Source: Schmidtea polychroa
Taxonomy: Eukaryota
Reading direction: 5' to 3'
DNA: 64,000 nucleotides
NCBI GenBank assembly: GCA_044892525.1
Contig: CM097886.1
Location: forward strand, 173,650,312 to 173,714,311
Of the stretch, positions 1 to 11,888 are shown in pieces. Both the position numbers and the translations under genes were made by a program. The notes below the pieces were generated by a model. That model was not told the DNA's origin, ran no database searches, and saw only the letters and a list, made by a program, of their open reading frames with translations. Position 1 is the stretch's first letter. Each line of letters starts with the position of its first letter.

Positions 1-45
1 AATGGTTACTACCGGTTATAATAGGGATTTCCTTTTAAATTCTAG

Positions 46-813
46 ATGTCATCACCTACTAGTTCCAGCAAAGATCTTCGACCTTGTTTTTCTTGCGCAG
101 ACAAGAACGAAGACATTCGAAAACTTCATACCTATATTTGGACTTTGAAGAAACGCATAGACATGTATGAGGACACGTGGTTCTCCCCGCCACAAATGAA
201 AGGGGAGCGTACCAAAATCTTACGTTTGGAGCACTGCCATGACAGTCTCCTAGAAGAGAGCAGATGCCAACGGCTAACCCTCAAGGCCCAATCAGAAGCA
301 CTGCATAAGGTGTACACCGACACTGAAGTCGCCAAACGCGTTCGGGAGTACCCAATCCAAGACGGGACCAATGTGTTCCCAGTCCATCATCAAGTAGACC
401 GAGGATCGATATCGTCAACTAGCTGTCTGGGGCACGGGCCTCAACTGCCGCCCCTTTCTGAACCTATTCTATCGAGCTCTAGGCCAGTGTCGAGGGATCC
501 GTCGGTCCATCTGCCAAATGCAACTCTTCACTCTCAAAATGTGCAACCAAATAGCGATTCTACGTCGTCGATACGGAAGCGTAAACGGCCTTCGCGATCC
601 GAGAAAAATCAAAAGCGCCGAAATGCTATCGCTGCCTTAGAAGCATCATTATCGGTTGCACAATCAACCATCAAGGAAATCACTGCCACACACTCCGTAC
701 CAACCAAGGAGATATTTCGAGTCGTTCCAGCAGGAGGAGCAAAGTTCATCGAAGATCGCAGATTACCGGTAGACATCGACGAAATGTTAGCCGAGGGAGA
801 AAGTTTTCCGTGA
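46..813 (+). CDS. Intact 255-aa orphan ORF (N-terminal CxxC, predicted helical/coiled-coil segments, basic NLS-like RKRKR..KRR)
   Basis: Uninterrupted ORF visibly GC-richer than its flanks; ATG sits directly after a pyrimidine-rich TTCTAG acceptor-like site; no family recognised. Confidence 0.5.
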   Translation: MSSPTSSSKDLRPCFSCADKNEDIRKLHTYIWTLKKRIDMYEDTWFSPPQMKGERTKILRLEHCHDSLLEESRCQRLTLKAQSEALHKVYTDTEVAKRVREYPIQDGTNVFPVHHQVDRGSISSTSCLGHGPQLPPLSEPILSSSRPVSRDPSVHLPNATLHSQNVQPNSDSTSSIRKRKRPSRSEKNQKRRNAIAALEASLSVAQSTIKEITATHSVPTKEIFRVVPAGGAKFIEDRRLPVDIDEMLAEGESFP

Positions 814-1132
814 TTCGTGAATTAATAGACAGTTATCTGACTCCAGCCGACTTGTTGTGATTTGCGTCGTGCTTTATTCGCTTTCTATCTGACTCTTTGT
901 ATGTATCTCACTTGCATGTGCCATTATTTTAGTTTACTACAATAACATTTCTATCCGTGTTTTAGTGTATTCGAGTTGGACTGCTATGTAGTATGTATCT
1001 GACGAATGATTGCTGAACAATGAAATTTTTCTAGCAAGGTCGTCCCCTTAGACCAGGGTCGTACCAAATTATGTGTTTGAATCAGGGTAAGTCCTTCTAC
1101 GGCACCTTTGAACCCGAACTGCGAGTTTGCTA

Positions 1133-1277
1133 AGAGTAGTCCTAAGTTAGGGGCTCACCTGTTAGTGAATTCCGACCTATGTGCGCAGAACCAACGTGTG
1201 ACATCGCCACTGGCACACATAAGGGAAATCAGCTAAGGTCATCTTGGGTATCCAGGGAACCACATACTGAGCACACA
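1133..1277. repeat. Diverged dispersed repeat, copy A (pairs with 4519-4654)
   Basis: Colinear shared blocks AGAGTAGTCCTAA, CTCAC, TTCCGACCT, CCAAC, TAAGGGA, AGGGAA, ACTGAG.ACACA in both copies. Confidence 0.65.
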
Positions 1278-4200
1278 GGGACAGTTTTATCTAGTTTCAA
1301 TTTTCTTCCTTTCCGGGTATCCAACAATGTCAATGAATTATTAAAGGTTAATTGTGATTGTATTGTTAAATTAGTGAATGGATAAACAGATGGAATGATA
1401 GCTGCCTTAGAAGGGGAACTTTTTGAGAATACACTGATAGATGAATATGTAATGGTATGAATGATTATATGCATATGATATATAAGAATGTAGGGATTAG
1501 GGGGTTTATGAAAAATCAAGTTACATATGATTCTGGTGTTGAGTTGTCAATACACACAGTGTATGATAATGAATGTTTAAACCAATTACGCTCTACAAGT
1601 AGCACCTACACATACCAATCCAAGGGTAAAGTACCCAAGGATGTTAAAATGTATCGTTAAAATGGAAAGACTAGACCAGAAAAACGATTGAATAAACATT
1701 TAAATAAAAAATACGATAAAACTCGAGAGATAACAAAGCACCAAACGATAAATAAAACAAATGATCACCATGTCTTAGCTCTTGCAAATAGGAATCCGAG
1801 ACGATTAACAATGTTGAATGAATAGTACTTTCTCAGTTTCTGAATAAATATAGCACTGGGTGAACAATTAATTCGAGAGATGAGTAGACCAGACGAAACA
1901 GAACGAACCAACGGAATCTATGGAGGGTAAAATGAAAGTAAATAAAATGAAAGGCATCGAAACATCACGAATAGAAATAATAACTATATATCATCAACAC
2001 CTAGAAGGAAGAAAAGCGTTAAGTAAATGAACAAAAACAAGAACTGAACTTGTCTTCAAGACTAATGAAAGGACAAAACTGGCTCGAAACTCAAAAAAAT
2101 AAATATAAACAAACGACAATCGTGTATAAATTAAGTATAAAAATTGAGTAGAATTAAAGCGAAATAAAATCTCCAGGACAAATGCACGAGAACTAAGTTA
2201 AAATTCAGTCAAAAAACGGCAAAACAGGCAAACATCACAGACATTAAAGATATGTAATATAGAACGACTCAGGGAATTAACAAAGTGAATAAGGAAATCA
2301 ATAAAAATAAATGCAAAAGACACGAGGATGATTCGGTAGTTACCAATCCAATGACCCACCGAAAGAAACCAAGAAGTTCAAGGTTAGCCAAAGAAATATG
2401 AAAATACAGCACAGTTATACGCACAATGCTCATATTAATAATCGACATGAACTATAAAAAAAAACCATCTAACGACAACGATATCATAGAGAATGGGAAA
2501 CAATTAGAACCAGACGGGTGAAATATACAGTAAATGAAAGAGTACAGAACGCTTAACTAAGAACAGAGGGACGCGATCGGAAAAACATCACGACTTACGA
2601 ACCCCACGTACATAGAAAGGGTTATGACTATATATAGTTTGAACAATGAATAGATAAATATATATGATTATATAAAAAATATGTATATATATCAGCGCGG
2701 TATAATTAGTATATAACTACGGGAAATAAAATGAAATAAAATTTCATATCGATTTATTTTATTATTTTATTCTAATGTATTATCATAAGATATGTTGACC
2801 CGTTTGTCATGTTCGTCTGGGATAGTCGGTATTCGTACCGCTGGTCATCAGGTGAACCATGATAAGTGGCGAGACCAAGAGTGTTCGGATACAAAACATT
2901 TAGTTGAAATTAAAGACGGTATCATCTTCGAAAGATGGCATAACGGAACGAATAAAACCAGAGAAATTTCAAATAAAAATCATAAGACAAATCCAACGTG
3001 CTGTAGCTATAATGCTCTCTTACCAAATTAGACATTAAAAATCTCAATTTTATACTCTATTTCAGAAATTCGATCGATTTCCAACAAAACTCTCCGATAA
3101 AGATTTTGAACTCTTGTCAGAGATCCCATTTTCGTTTTTCGCATCACTTTTCAAGTCACATATGCCTTCACATGCGTACCGACCCATCTATGTATTAACT
3201 ATCCAGAGATGTTCATGGAAATTAGTTTAGCTTCGACACTTTGAGATTGTCAATTTCCACGATTGTTAATTACATGCCTAACTAATAACTCCGTGGCATT
3301 TCGTTATTTCTCGTATTATCACTATAAAAAGTTCAGCTAGATTGATTTTTGGAACGTCCATCATAGAAAATTTGTACAAGGTCGAATTCGATTACCAAAC
3401 TCTGAAATTGTTTATTGCAAATAGTATTCAGCAACCATAAATATGTAAATATACAATATATCCAATCGAATAGACCGGAACAACGTGTTAACATTGAGAT
3501 AAACTAAAACCAACGAAGATATAGAGTGAAAATTTTCGAAAGTCTAAACATTATTTACGATAGGCGGTATAGAAATAAATAATATCTTGATTTGTTTATG
3601 TTTTCTAATTTTCAGGAAAACATGTCTAATGCAATACATCGTATTTTCAGTAAATAGCACAAATCCAATTATGCAATAATAAAGACGAGGGATAATTGAG
3701 ATATAACATACATATTTTCATTACCCATACCAATTCGTGACCATACAATAAGTTTTTTTTAATCCACCATACTCAAGTAATAATTTCGACTTCCAGTTTC
3801 TGAGTAAATTAATTATGTCAAATTCAAAACATTAATCCTTACAATTACTGATTTGAAAATTAAATTTTGGAACTATTAGAGACTCCCTTACTACGATTTG
3901 ATTAAATCCTAATCAGTGCTCGAAGTGGAACAAAATATGTGCCGGGATAGGCATGCTGTGGCACCCGGGATTCCAGGCTTTTATGCAGAAATTTTCAGTT
4001 GGGGGTGTTGCAAAACTTTGGGGGTGTCCAACAAATTTTGGGGGGGGGGGGTGTCCACCCATTTAATCATAAGTTTCAGAATATACATACCTATCCATTA
4101 CTGCTGCTTGGGAAATTCTTAATTGAATAGAGAATAGAGAATAAAGAATATATATATACATACATATATGGATGTACTATGTGTGACCTTAATTGCAGTA

Positions 4201-4518
4201 TTTGTGTGCCTATAAAATGAAATAAGTACCTGGATAAACCTATAGATTATATGAAATGAAGTGCCGGGATGCAATTCCGCCTACATAATCAATGCCGGGA
4301 TAATATCCCGGCTATCCCGCCTCACTTCGAGCACTGATCCTAACCATAGTAAACCCAATATAAACTCTAAAATGTTATTAATATATACTGAAATGAATGC
4401 TGATGCCCGATTTGTAACAATAAAATTGAGTTCTGATTATTTCTGTAATATTTTACTCGTATGTTTAGTTGGGTTGAATGAGAGAAAGAGTATGGTTCGA
4501 CAACTGTGAATGTTGTGG

Positions 4519-4654
4519 AGAGTAGTCCTAACATAAGGACTCACAAGTTCCGACCTGCGTGTGCACTTCCAACATGATCCATCTTCATGGGCGCAGGTAA
4601 GGGAGAAAAATCGTAAGTCGTGATGGGAGCTTAGGGAATTAAACTGAGTACACA
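4519..4654. repeat. Diverged dispersed repeat, copy B (pairs with 1133-1277)
   Basis: Same colinear blocks as 1133-1277; minus-strand translation WKCTRRSE..SPYVRTTL resembles WFCAHRSE..SP*LRTTL in copy A. Confidence 0.65.
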
Positions 4655-4683
4655 TTTATCCACACTAAGTAACCAACAATTCT

Positions 4684-4950
4684 AGTGTCTCGCTTAATGA
4701 AAGTGCTAAGGAGTTTCATGATCTTGAATAATGTATCTTCTGTCTGTCATTCACCTAATTTAAAAACTTTACTTCTAAGTTTTAGAGGATCAAATCCAGA
4801 GAATTCTAGATAGTGAAATGTTTCGGTAAAATCAAAGTTTTCCATTTCTTTAAAAAGCTCGCTAAAATCATGAAAGGATAATGTCATGGTCTTTTGTTTT
4901 ATTTTACTTCTCGCACGGCTGTGTTACTTTCTGAAACTTTGAAGGATGAA
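4684..4950. repeat. About 270-bp local duplication (second copy about 9987-10240)
   Basis: Near-identical text GTGTCTCGCTTAATGAAA...GGATCAAATCCAGAGAATTCTAGAT...CTTCTCGCACGG at both positions. Confidence 0.9.
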
Positions 4951-5040
4951 ATTCTTACATTTTTTAGTCTATATATTTTAAAATGTATGTTATGTGGCTT
5001 TGTATATATTTTCTTATTTAATTTGAGATACTAATTTAGC

Positions 5041-5440
5041 ATGAGCAAAAAATTTGAAAGTGGCGCTTGCAAGCGCCAGAGAAAGCGACTTCGAGAGCTT
5101 GAGGTAAAGAACATCACACCAATCACTGCTTACATGCATGCATCAACTAATACTACTCAACATCAACTGAAAGAAAATCTCACTGAACTCAAAATGAAAA
5201 TACGGAACTAATTCAAGAGCCACTTTCTGAACACGAAGATAGAAACGAGAAACAAGGAAATTTATCTACTGTACCAGAAATTGGCTTGTGTTCGGATTTA
5301 TCACAAAATTACGTATCATATTGGATAGAGAAAAGTCCCTCTGAAGTTCAGCATCATTGTGGACCATTTTTAAATTCTAAGCAAGTTTATACGAATCAGT
5401 CCAGGTTTTGTATAAAAACCAATTTTTTATTCAACAAAAG
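5041..5440 (+). mobile_element. Degenerate hAT (ZMYM1-like) transposase N-terminal fragment
   Basis: MSKKFESGACKRQRKR..ITAY start and a later GPSEVQHH/GPF..SKQ..RF-type segment typical of hAT N-termini; frames broken. Confidence 0.5.
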
Positions 5441-7025
5441 CCTATGGAGAAAAATATACACTTGAATTTATACACTATTTATACACTAGAATTTAACATT
5501 TTAATTATAACTCCTCACAATCTTTATAAAATTTTAAATGTAAAATTAAAATTAAATATTTCAATTAATTTTTAATTTAATTCTTTAAATCTTTAAAATT
5601 TCAAGTAGCGCAAATTTCATAAATTATTTTACTCCATTTTAAAAATGACTACCGTGAAAAAAGTGATAACTTTTCAAGGTTGTTATGATGAGTTATTATG
5701 CCAGAAAATATCAATTGCAATTAAAATATCCTATATTTTTGTATAAATTAATTTATCAGATTTAGTCCGCAAAAGATTTATCAATGCTAATAATATTTAG
5801 GTTTTTGATTTTCCTCTCTATCAAAAAATGCATGCCCTTAAAAGAAATCTACCAGAAGTTTCGATTGAGAAAGAGATTACTAAAGATAATTTATGCAGAA
5901 GTCCTAATTTAAACGATTTTCTAATTCAGATTCCTTATTTTCTCAAAGTGCTCCTAACTCAGCAAATGTCTCTATAAAGTCTGAATGTGCATTAAAAGAA
6001 AATTTATCGGTTCACGAAATGATTATTTGTCGTCAAGTACTATTGATGCATCTAATTTACAAGGACTTCAGGTTTCAAATGAAATAAATGATTCTCTATT
6101 GTCATTAAAAATAATGAAATTCTTGACGATGCTAATATAATATTAGATGGAAGAACTAATAAATCAACGTCTAACACAAACATTTCCAAGTTAAGTTTGC
6201 CCTTAGAAAATCGAGAAAAATATCCTAGAGAGAAACAAAACAAAAACCTTTCAAATTTAGCTACTCTCATACTTCCACTCCCACTCAATTATTTGGAAGA
6301 GATTCAATGTTATCTGCTTTGGAAAGTGACGAATTCTTTGAGTAATTTTTATAAAATATTTTTAATGTATTAATCTTTAGTTTAGTTTTCTTAATTTCTT
6401 TAAAGAAGGAATTGAAATCGAAATATCTGCAGATGATTTGAATGAAATTATCGAAAAGATTGTTATGAAAAAGGCGTTTTCTATCACTTCTGAATTTATT
6501 TTGTGTTTGATGAATAATAATATTTTTATCGAACCACTCACAAATTCTTTGATTAAATATAAAAACGAACTATATTAATATAAAATAGATATTTTAAAGA
6601 ATCAATGACAGATTTCAAAAATTGAATCTAGCATAAATTATTATATTAAGTAAGTTATTTTATTTTAACATAATTTATTAAATGAATTATTGGGATAGAA
6701 TGTGGATAGTTCTTTCAATAAAATGGCCCAGATATATGATGCCAGAAGCTTACTTTAATGAGGTTGATATTTTAGATAACAGTGCAATGGTAATTAATTT
6801 AATTATATAATATACACGTAACATTTCGTATACTCATAATTTATATATTATCTATTGATGTTCATATTTTCAATTGTTTCTGTTAACTTCATATGCATGA
6901 AACATTTTAAAGAGATTAATTTCAGATATTTTAACAATATCCATAACTAAAATAATTTTTTAATGTTAAATCAAAAATCGTTTTTCTACGACGTGTTTTC
7001 CTTAATGTTTTCATATAAACAATAA

Positions 7026-7545
<520 letters not shown>

Positions 7546-7659
7546 ATGTTATTCATGAAACAAAGAGAGAACAAACTTACTCATGTTCAGTTTCGTTGCA
7601 TGCCCTAAAAGTATAATAATAAATTTAAAAATAAATATAATATATACTTGTTTTGTGCT

Positions 7660-7790
7660 TTTTTGGGTTGGAAAATACATAAAATTTCCCACATATTGGG
7701 CATTTTACCTTTATCGAAATTGCTAATGACGTTGCTGGGTCCTGGATTACAGCAGCTGCACTTGATGCACCCAATAATTGATTTTATAAC
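7660..7790 (-). pseudogene. Cys-rich (zinc-binding-like) domain fragment, copy 1 of 3
   Basis: Translates to GCIKCSCCNPGPSN...KCPICGKFY across a frame break; homologous to 8880-9075 and 16790-16965. Confidence 0.6.
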
Positions 7791-8169
7791 ATGTAAGAAT
7801 GCTAGCTGGACGTTTATTTGTCATTTATTCTGCCGACAGATATGTGAAATACATGTAACCAAGCGTGTCAATTGAGACGGCCCATTGTTTTCGCACGTAC
7901 CTTCACCGTCTCCAATGAGACACGCCCGTTGCCAATGGGTTAATATTTTATGCACATTAACACATCCGTTGGAAAACACCGAGTAATGTTTACGTTAGAA
8001 AATAAATTTAAATGATGTTCGGTTTGGAAATTGGATAAAAATATTTTATCTAACTTCCAGATCGCGTAGTTTTTGAAGGATTGACCAAAAATAAAAATAT
8101 CTTGCAACATTTGCAAAAAAATCGATAAATAAAATATAAAATATATTACCTACATTTTTAATCAAAAAA

Positions 8170-8250
8170 TCTCGAGTCCCGGGAATAATTTGATGAAAGT
8201 CCCGAGACTCGAGACAGCGAAAAACCCCGAAAGTCCCGGGACGTCTCGAT
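8170..8250. repeat. CCCGGGA/CCCGAGA-rich subterminal-like DNA transposon remnant
   Basis: Clustered GTCCCGGGA, GTCCCGAGA and CTCGAG motifs in AT-rich context; similar CCGGGAT motifs at 3940-3980 and 4260-4325. Confidence 0.35.
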
Positions 8251-8689
8251 GCAGAATCTTTTTAAAAAGTATTCGGAAATTTTTGAAATAATATAAATAT
8301 ATTGAATTTATATATAATTGCATCACGGTTTATTATGATTATCCTTTAAAGTACATTTACTTAAGTATTATGATAAAGAATTAAAGAAATCATTACCAAA
8401 CCATTGAAATATTTAAAAAATTTAAAAAAAATATATATAAATGACATTAAAAAAAATAAAATCTATATTTAAAACAATTTAGAAACTGTTCGATATTTAT
8501 TTCACGTGTTTATTACAGAAATTTTTATAATAATAAAAACTGAAATCTATATTTATAACAATCTAATAACAATTTAGGTACTGTTCGATTTATCTCTAGA
8601 GAATACTTCCTTTATAAAATTAAAACATTTAAAATTATAAATAAAAATTACTTTTTCCAAGCTTGTTAAGCGCTTTTCAATACTTTCTT

Positions 8690-9075
8690 TTAAATTATCT
8701 ACGCTTTCTTGAAGATTCTCTATCATATGTTGGATAAATCTGGAGCTGATTCAACATTTGCGGGTGGTAAATCTTCATTAGGGAATTGACCATTTCCAGA
8801 TGATGGTAAATCTTGAGCATGACCTAAAAATATAATAATAAATTTTTTAAAAAAATATATTTACTTATTTTGTGCCTCCTTAGGCCGGAAAATGAGTAAA
8901 ATTTCCCACATTTTGGGCATTTCATTTTCAATTTCTGAAATTGCTTCAGTTGTTCTTCATGGTCAAAAGTGCAGTTGCTTGGTCCTGGTGGACAGCAGCT
9001 GCACTTGATTCAACCATGTGTTTTGGCATTTACAATTGAACGCAACGTTGCAAATATTATTCATTTTTTAAAAAA
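8690..9075 (-). pseudogene. Cys-rich domain fragment, copy 2, with a downstream coiled-coil exon
   Basis: HG*IKCSCCPPGPSNCTFDHEEQLKQFQKLKMKCPKCGKFYSF, then after a TTTTAG acceptor GHAQDLPSSGNGQFP...IENLQESVDNLKESIEKRLTSLEK ending at a GTAATT donor; stop and frameshift present. Confidence 0.6.
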
Positions 9076-9310
9076 TCTGAAATAAATTGTAATTTAAAAT
9101 TTCTAAATTTAAACAATTCTAAACTCCTCTATGGCACTGGTTTAATTAATTTTAATCGATAAGGGAGTAGTAGTGTTTTAGCCTCTGTAAGACTATTAAT
9201 ATTTAAAATAAATTTTATTATTATATTTTTAATATTTTGTATTACTATTTTTACTATAGAAGTGCAAAGTAAATTTTTTAATGATAATAATAAAATTAAA
9301 ATTTTAATTT

Positions 9311-9900
9311 TTAATTAAAAAAATAAATTAAAAATAAAATCACTTGCAAATTTACACAAATTAGGTGAAATTCTTCGCCTGAAAATTGGGAGAGACCCAG
9401 ATACGACCAATGGCGGAAATCATAAGTGGTAATTGTAATATAATAAAACAAAAAAAACAATAAGACCTCAAATTGAATCTCATTTGCTACCTGATTTAAA
9501 TTTCTTGCTGCCTGGAATAGTCGATGGTCCTCTTGTAATTGATTTACGAGCTGACTAACCACTTTGTTGATACATCGGGTAATATAAAGCAAATTCGCTG
9601 GCACTTAATAAACTCTTTAAAATGGCTCTGCGCCTGCTCTAGTAAAATAAACTTGACTCATTAGTTATTTTCCAGTGATTTCTAATTTTGACCTTGTCAG
9701 TCTTCGATCCATTGATTAATGAGTCAAGCTTATGGCAGAATTCTAGGTGATGCATATGAAAGTCTGTCTGCTCTTTGGACATAAGTCTTGCTGCAGCTGT
9801 AAGATGTAAACACGGGGGCGTCATTTTATCAAATGTGCTCAAATCTTGACCCAGATTTTGACTGCAACTTTGAATAATGGTTTAGGACAGGTGATCCATA
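9311..9900 (-). pseudogene. Broken ORF segments of an unidentified helical protein
   Basis: Protein-like stretches (HHLEFCHKLDSLING.., KVVSQLVNQLQEDHRLFQAARNLNQVANEIQFE) interrupted by stops and frameshifts; lies upstream of the 8690-9075 fragment on the same strand. Confidence 0.35.
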
Positions 9901-10219
9901 CTCAATACCGTTCTTTACTCTGTATTTTTACTCTGTATTCTTTCCAATTTTCCTTGTTTGTCTTACTTGAAATATTCTTGATTCAAGTGTCTCGCTTAAT
10001 GAAAATGCTAAGGAGTTTCATGATCTTGAATAATGTTTCTTTTGTCTGTCATTCACCTAATTTAAAAACTTTACTTCTAAGTTTTAGAGGATCAAATCCA
10101 GAGAATTCTAGATCGTGAAATGTTTCGGTAAAATCAAAGTTTTCCATTTCTTTAAAAAGCTCGCTTAAATCATGAAAGGATAATGTCATGGTGTTTTATG
10201 TTTAAGGTTTAATTTTACT

Positions 10220-11140
10220 TCTCGCACGGGTGTGGGTGTGCTACTTTGATATATGGAAAAAGTAGTTCTTGTTAAAATTGGTATTGAATTGGTATTGGTA
10301 CAGGGAATTTTCAAAGAGAAAGTGGTTTAGAATTATGAAAAAAGTTTTAAAGTGGTTTTAATTTGTCTTAGTTATTAGTTATTATTTAAAACAAACAAAA
10401 AGATAAACAAAGTTTCGATTCTTAGCCCAAAAATAATAATTATACATCATCTATAATTACGAACCATTCAAAGGCTGGCTGCTAGAATATATTAATATTG
10501 TTACATTTATCGAAACGCAAATCTTGAAATATCTCATAACAAAAAATGAACCTACCAATTTCCTATTTAAATTCGAATTGCTCATAATAATAATTACTAT
10601 AAAATTATGGTTTCTTGGTAGCAGCATAAATTAAATGTTAATCAACAATTATTCTTATTAGGGTTTTTTAATGTCGTTAACGGTAAACGGAAGCTTATGC
10701 TCTTTTATTTAAATCGACTCGTTAAGGACCAGCGTTTGCTGATAGAATTTTAAAGTTCTTATTTTTAGCCTTTTTAAAAAAAAAACTTTCTGTTTTTTTA
10801 TTAACACAATTTTTGCAAACAAATAAAAAATGCAAATATTAAAATAATTAAAAATGGGTTGAAAACTGTAATAACAAAGTGAGATCAATTTTTTGGAAGG
10901 TATCGGAAAGTACATAAAAATGTTAATAAAACTGAATAAAACTGCAAATAAAAATTTTAATAAAAATGTAAGTAAAGATGAATAGCACAGAACATATCAA
11001 AAATATAAATAAAAATCTATATAAAAATCTAAACAAAAATCTAAACAAAAATCTAAATAACAATATAAATAACAATGTGAATAGCACAGAACATATAAAA
11101 AATGTAAATAATAAACGACCTGCTGTTAGTCTTGGGTCTT
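10220..11140. repeat. About 0.9-kb local segmental duplication (second copy about 12840-13790)
   Basis: Both start CTCGCACGGGTGTGGGTGTGCTACTTT and run in parallel through ACGACCTGCTGTTAGTCTTGG; includes AT-rich internal repeats (AAAAATCTAAAC, AATAGCACAGAACATAT). Confidence 0.9.
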
Positions 11141-11500
11141 GTGTTCTATCTAAAGTTTTAGATAGTGATTTAGCCGTGTTTTCTGGAAATGCAGCTACTA
11201 ACCTACCTAATGTAACTGTCTCAGGCTTAGCTCCACGTTCTAAGGAGTTCTTCACTCCGTACTTCTCAATGAGACTTGCGTACTCCCTCCACTTTTCTTT
11301 GGCAATTTTTTTGGCAATCGTTCTGATTCTAGTACAATTATTGGCCAATCATTGAAGGCTGCAAGGAAACTCCTCTTTTTGGTATACTAAAATGAAAGCC
11401 CTTTACCCCAATAGAGACCTCATTGAGAGTCCTGGGAACAAGGGGGTCCTAAGTAGACGCACTTCATACCAGTATATTTCTTCACCGCGATTTTTAGAAA
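11115..11500 (-). pseudogene. N: Endogenous viral element: Phenuiviridae (tenui/phlebovirus-like) nucleoprotein fragment
   Basis: RTIAKKIAKEKWREYASLIEKYGVKNSLERGAKPETVTLGRLVAAFP matches the phenuivirus N core pattern (KK..K.G....L+.+YG+.........+TL[GS]R+...FP); a frameshifted YTG-YE motif upstream (about 11460-11476) matches the N-terminal Y.G[YF]D motif. Confidence 0.65.
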
Positions 11501-11526
11501 AGATAGACCTTAACTCTTTCAACTTT

Positions 11527-11884
11527 ATCACACGTAGACACCGAAATTATTTAGCAAAGCGTAAAATACTCTAAAGTGAGTAATTACTATTAAATAATCA
11601 GTATTTTCTTTTATATTAAGTATTTTTTTGACTATTTTCAAAAGATTCGAATAATACTATCTATAAGTTTTGGGTTCTATTTAAAAAAGAGATTAATGCA
11701 AGATATAGTAAATATTTTACTATGAATATTAATATCCAATATTTCCAATTATAAAATATTATTCATTGTTTTTTGTCGTGGTTCTTAAAAAATTATAGAA
11801 ATATTTTACCTTTAAATAGTTTATCACATATAGAAACCGACATTATTTAGCAAAGCGTTAAATACTCCGAAGTGAGTAATATCA
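11527..11884. repeat. AT-rich module M (copies about 11527-11884, 14680-15035, 15185-15363, 20589-20799, 20881-21090)
   Basis: Recurrent text AAAAAGAGATTAATGCAAGATATAG...TTTTGTCGTGGTTCTT...GAAATTATTTAGCAAAGCGT.AAATACTCCGAAGTGAGTAAT. Confidence 0.9.
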
Positions 11885-11888
11885 TATT

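Noticed and set aside
999-1025. Hammerhead-like CTGACGA...ATTG/CAAT...GAAA
   Set aside because: Three extra bases before stem II, and no stem I, stem III or UH cleavage site can be formed on either side.
10923-11114. Phe-rich C-terminal part of the 141-aa minus ORF
   Set aside because: Product of AT-rich simple repeats (AAAAATCTAAAC etc.), not coding signal.
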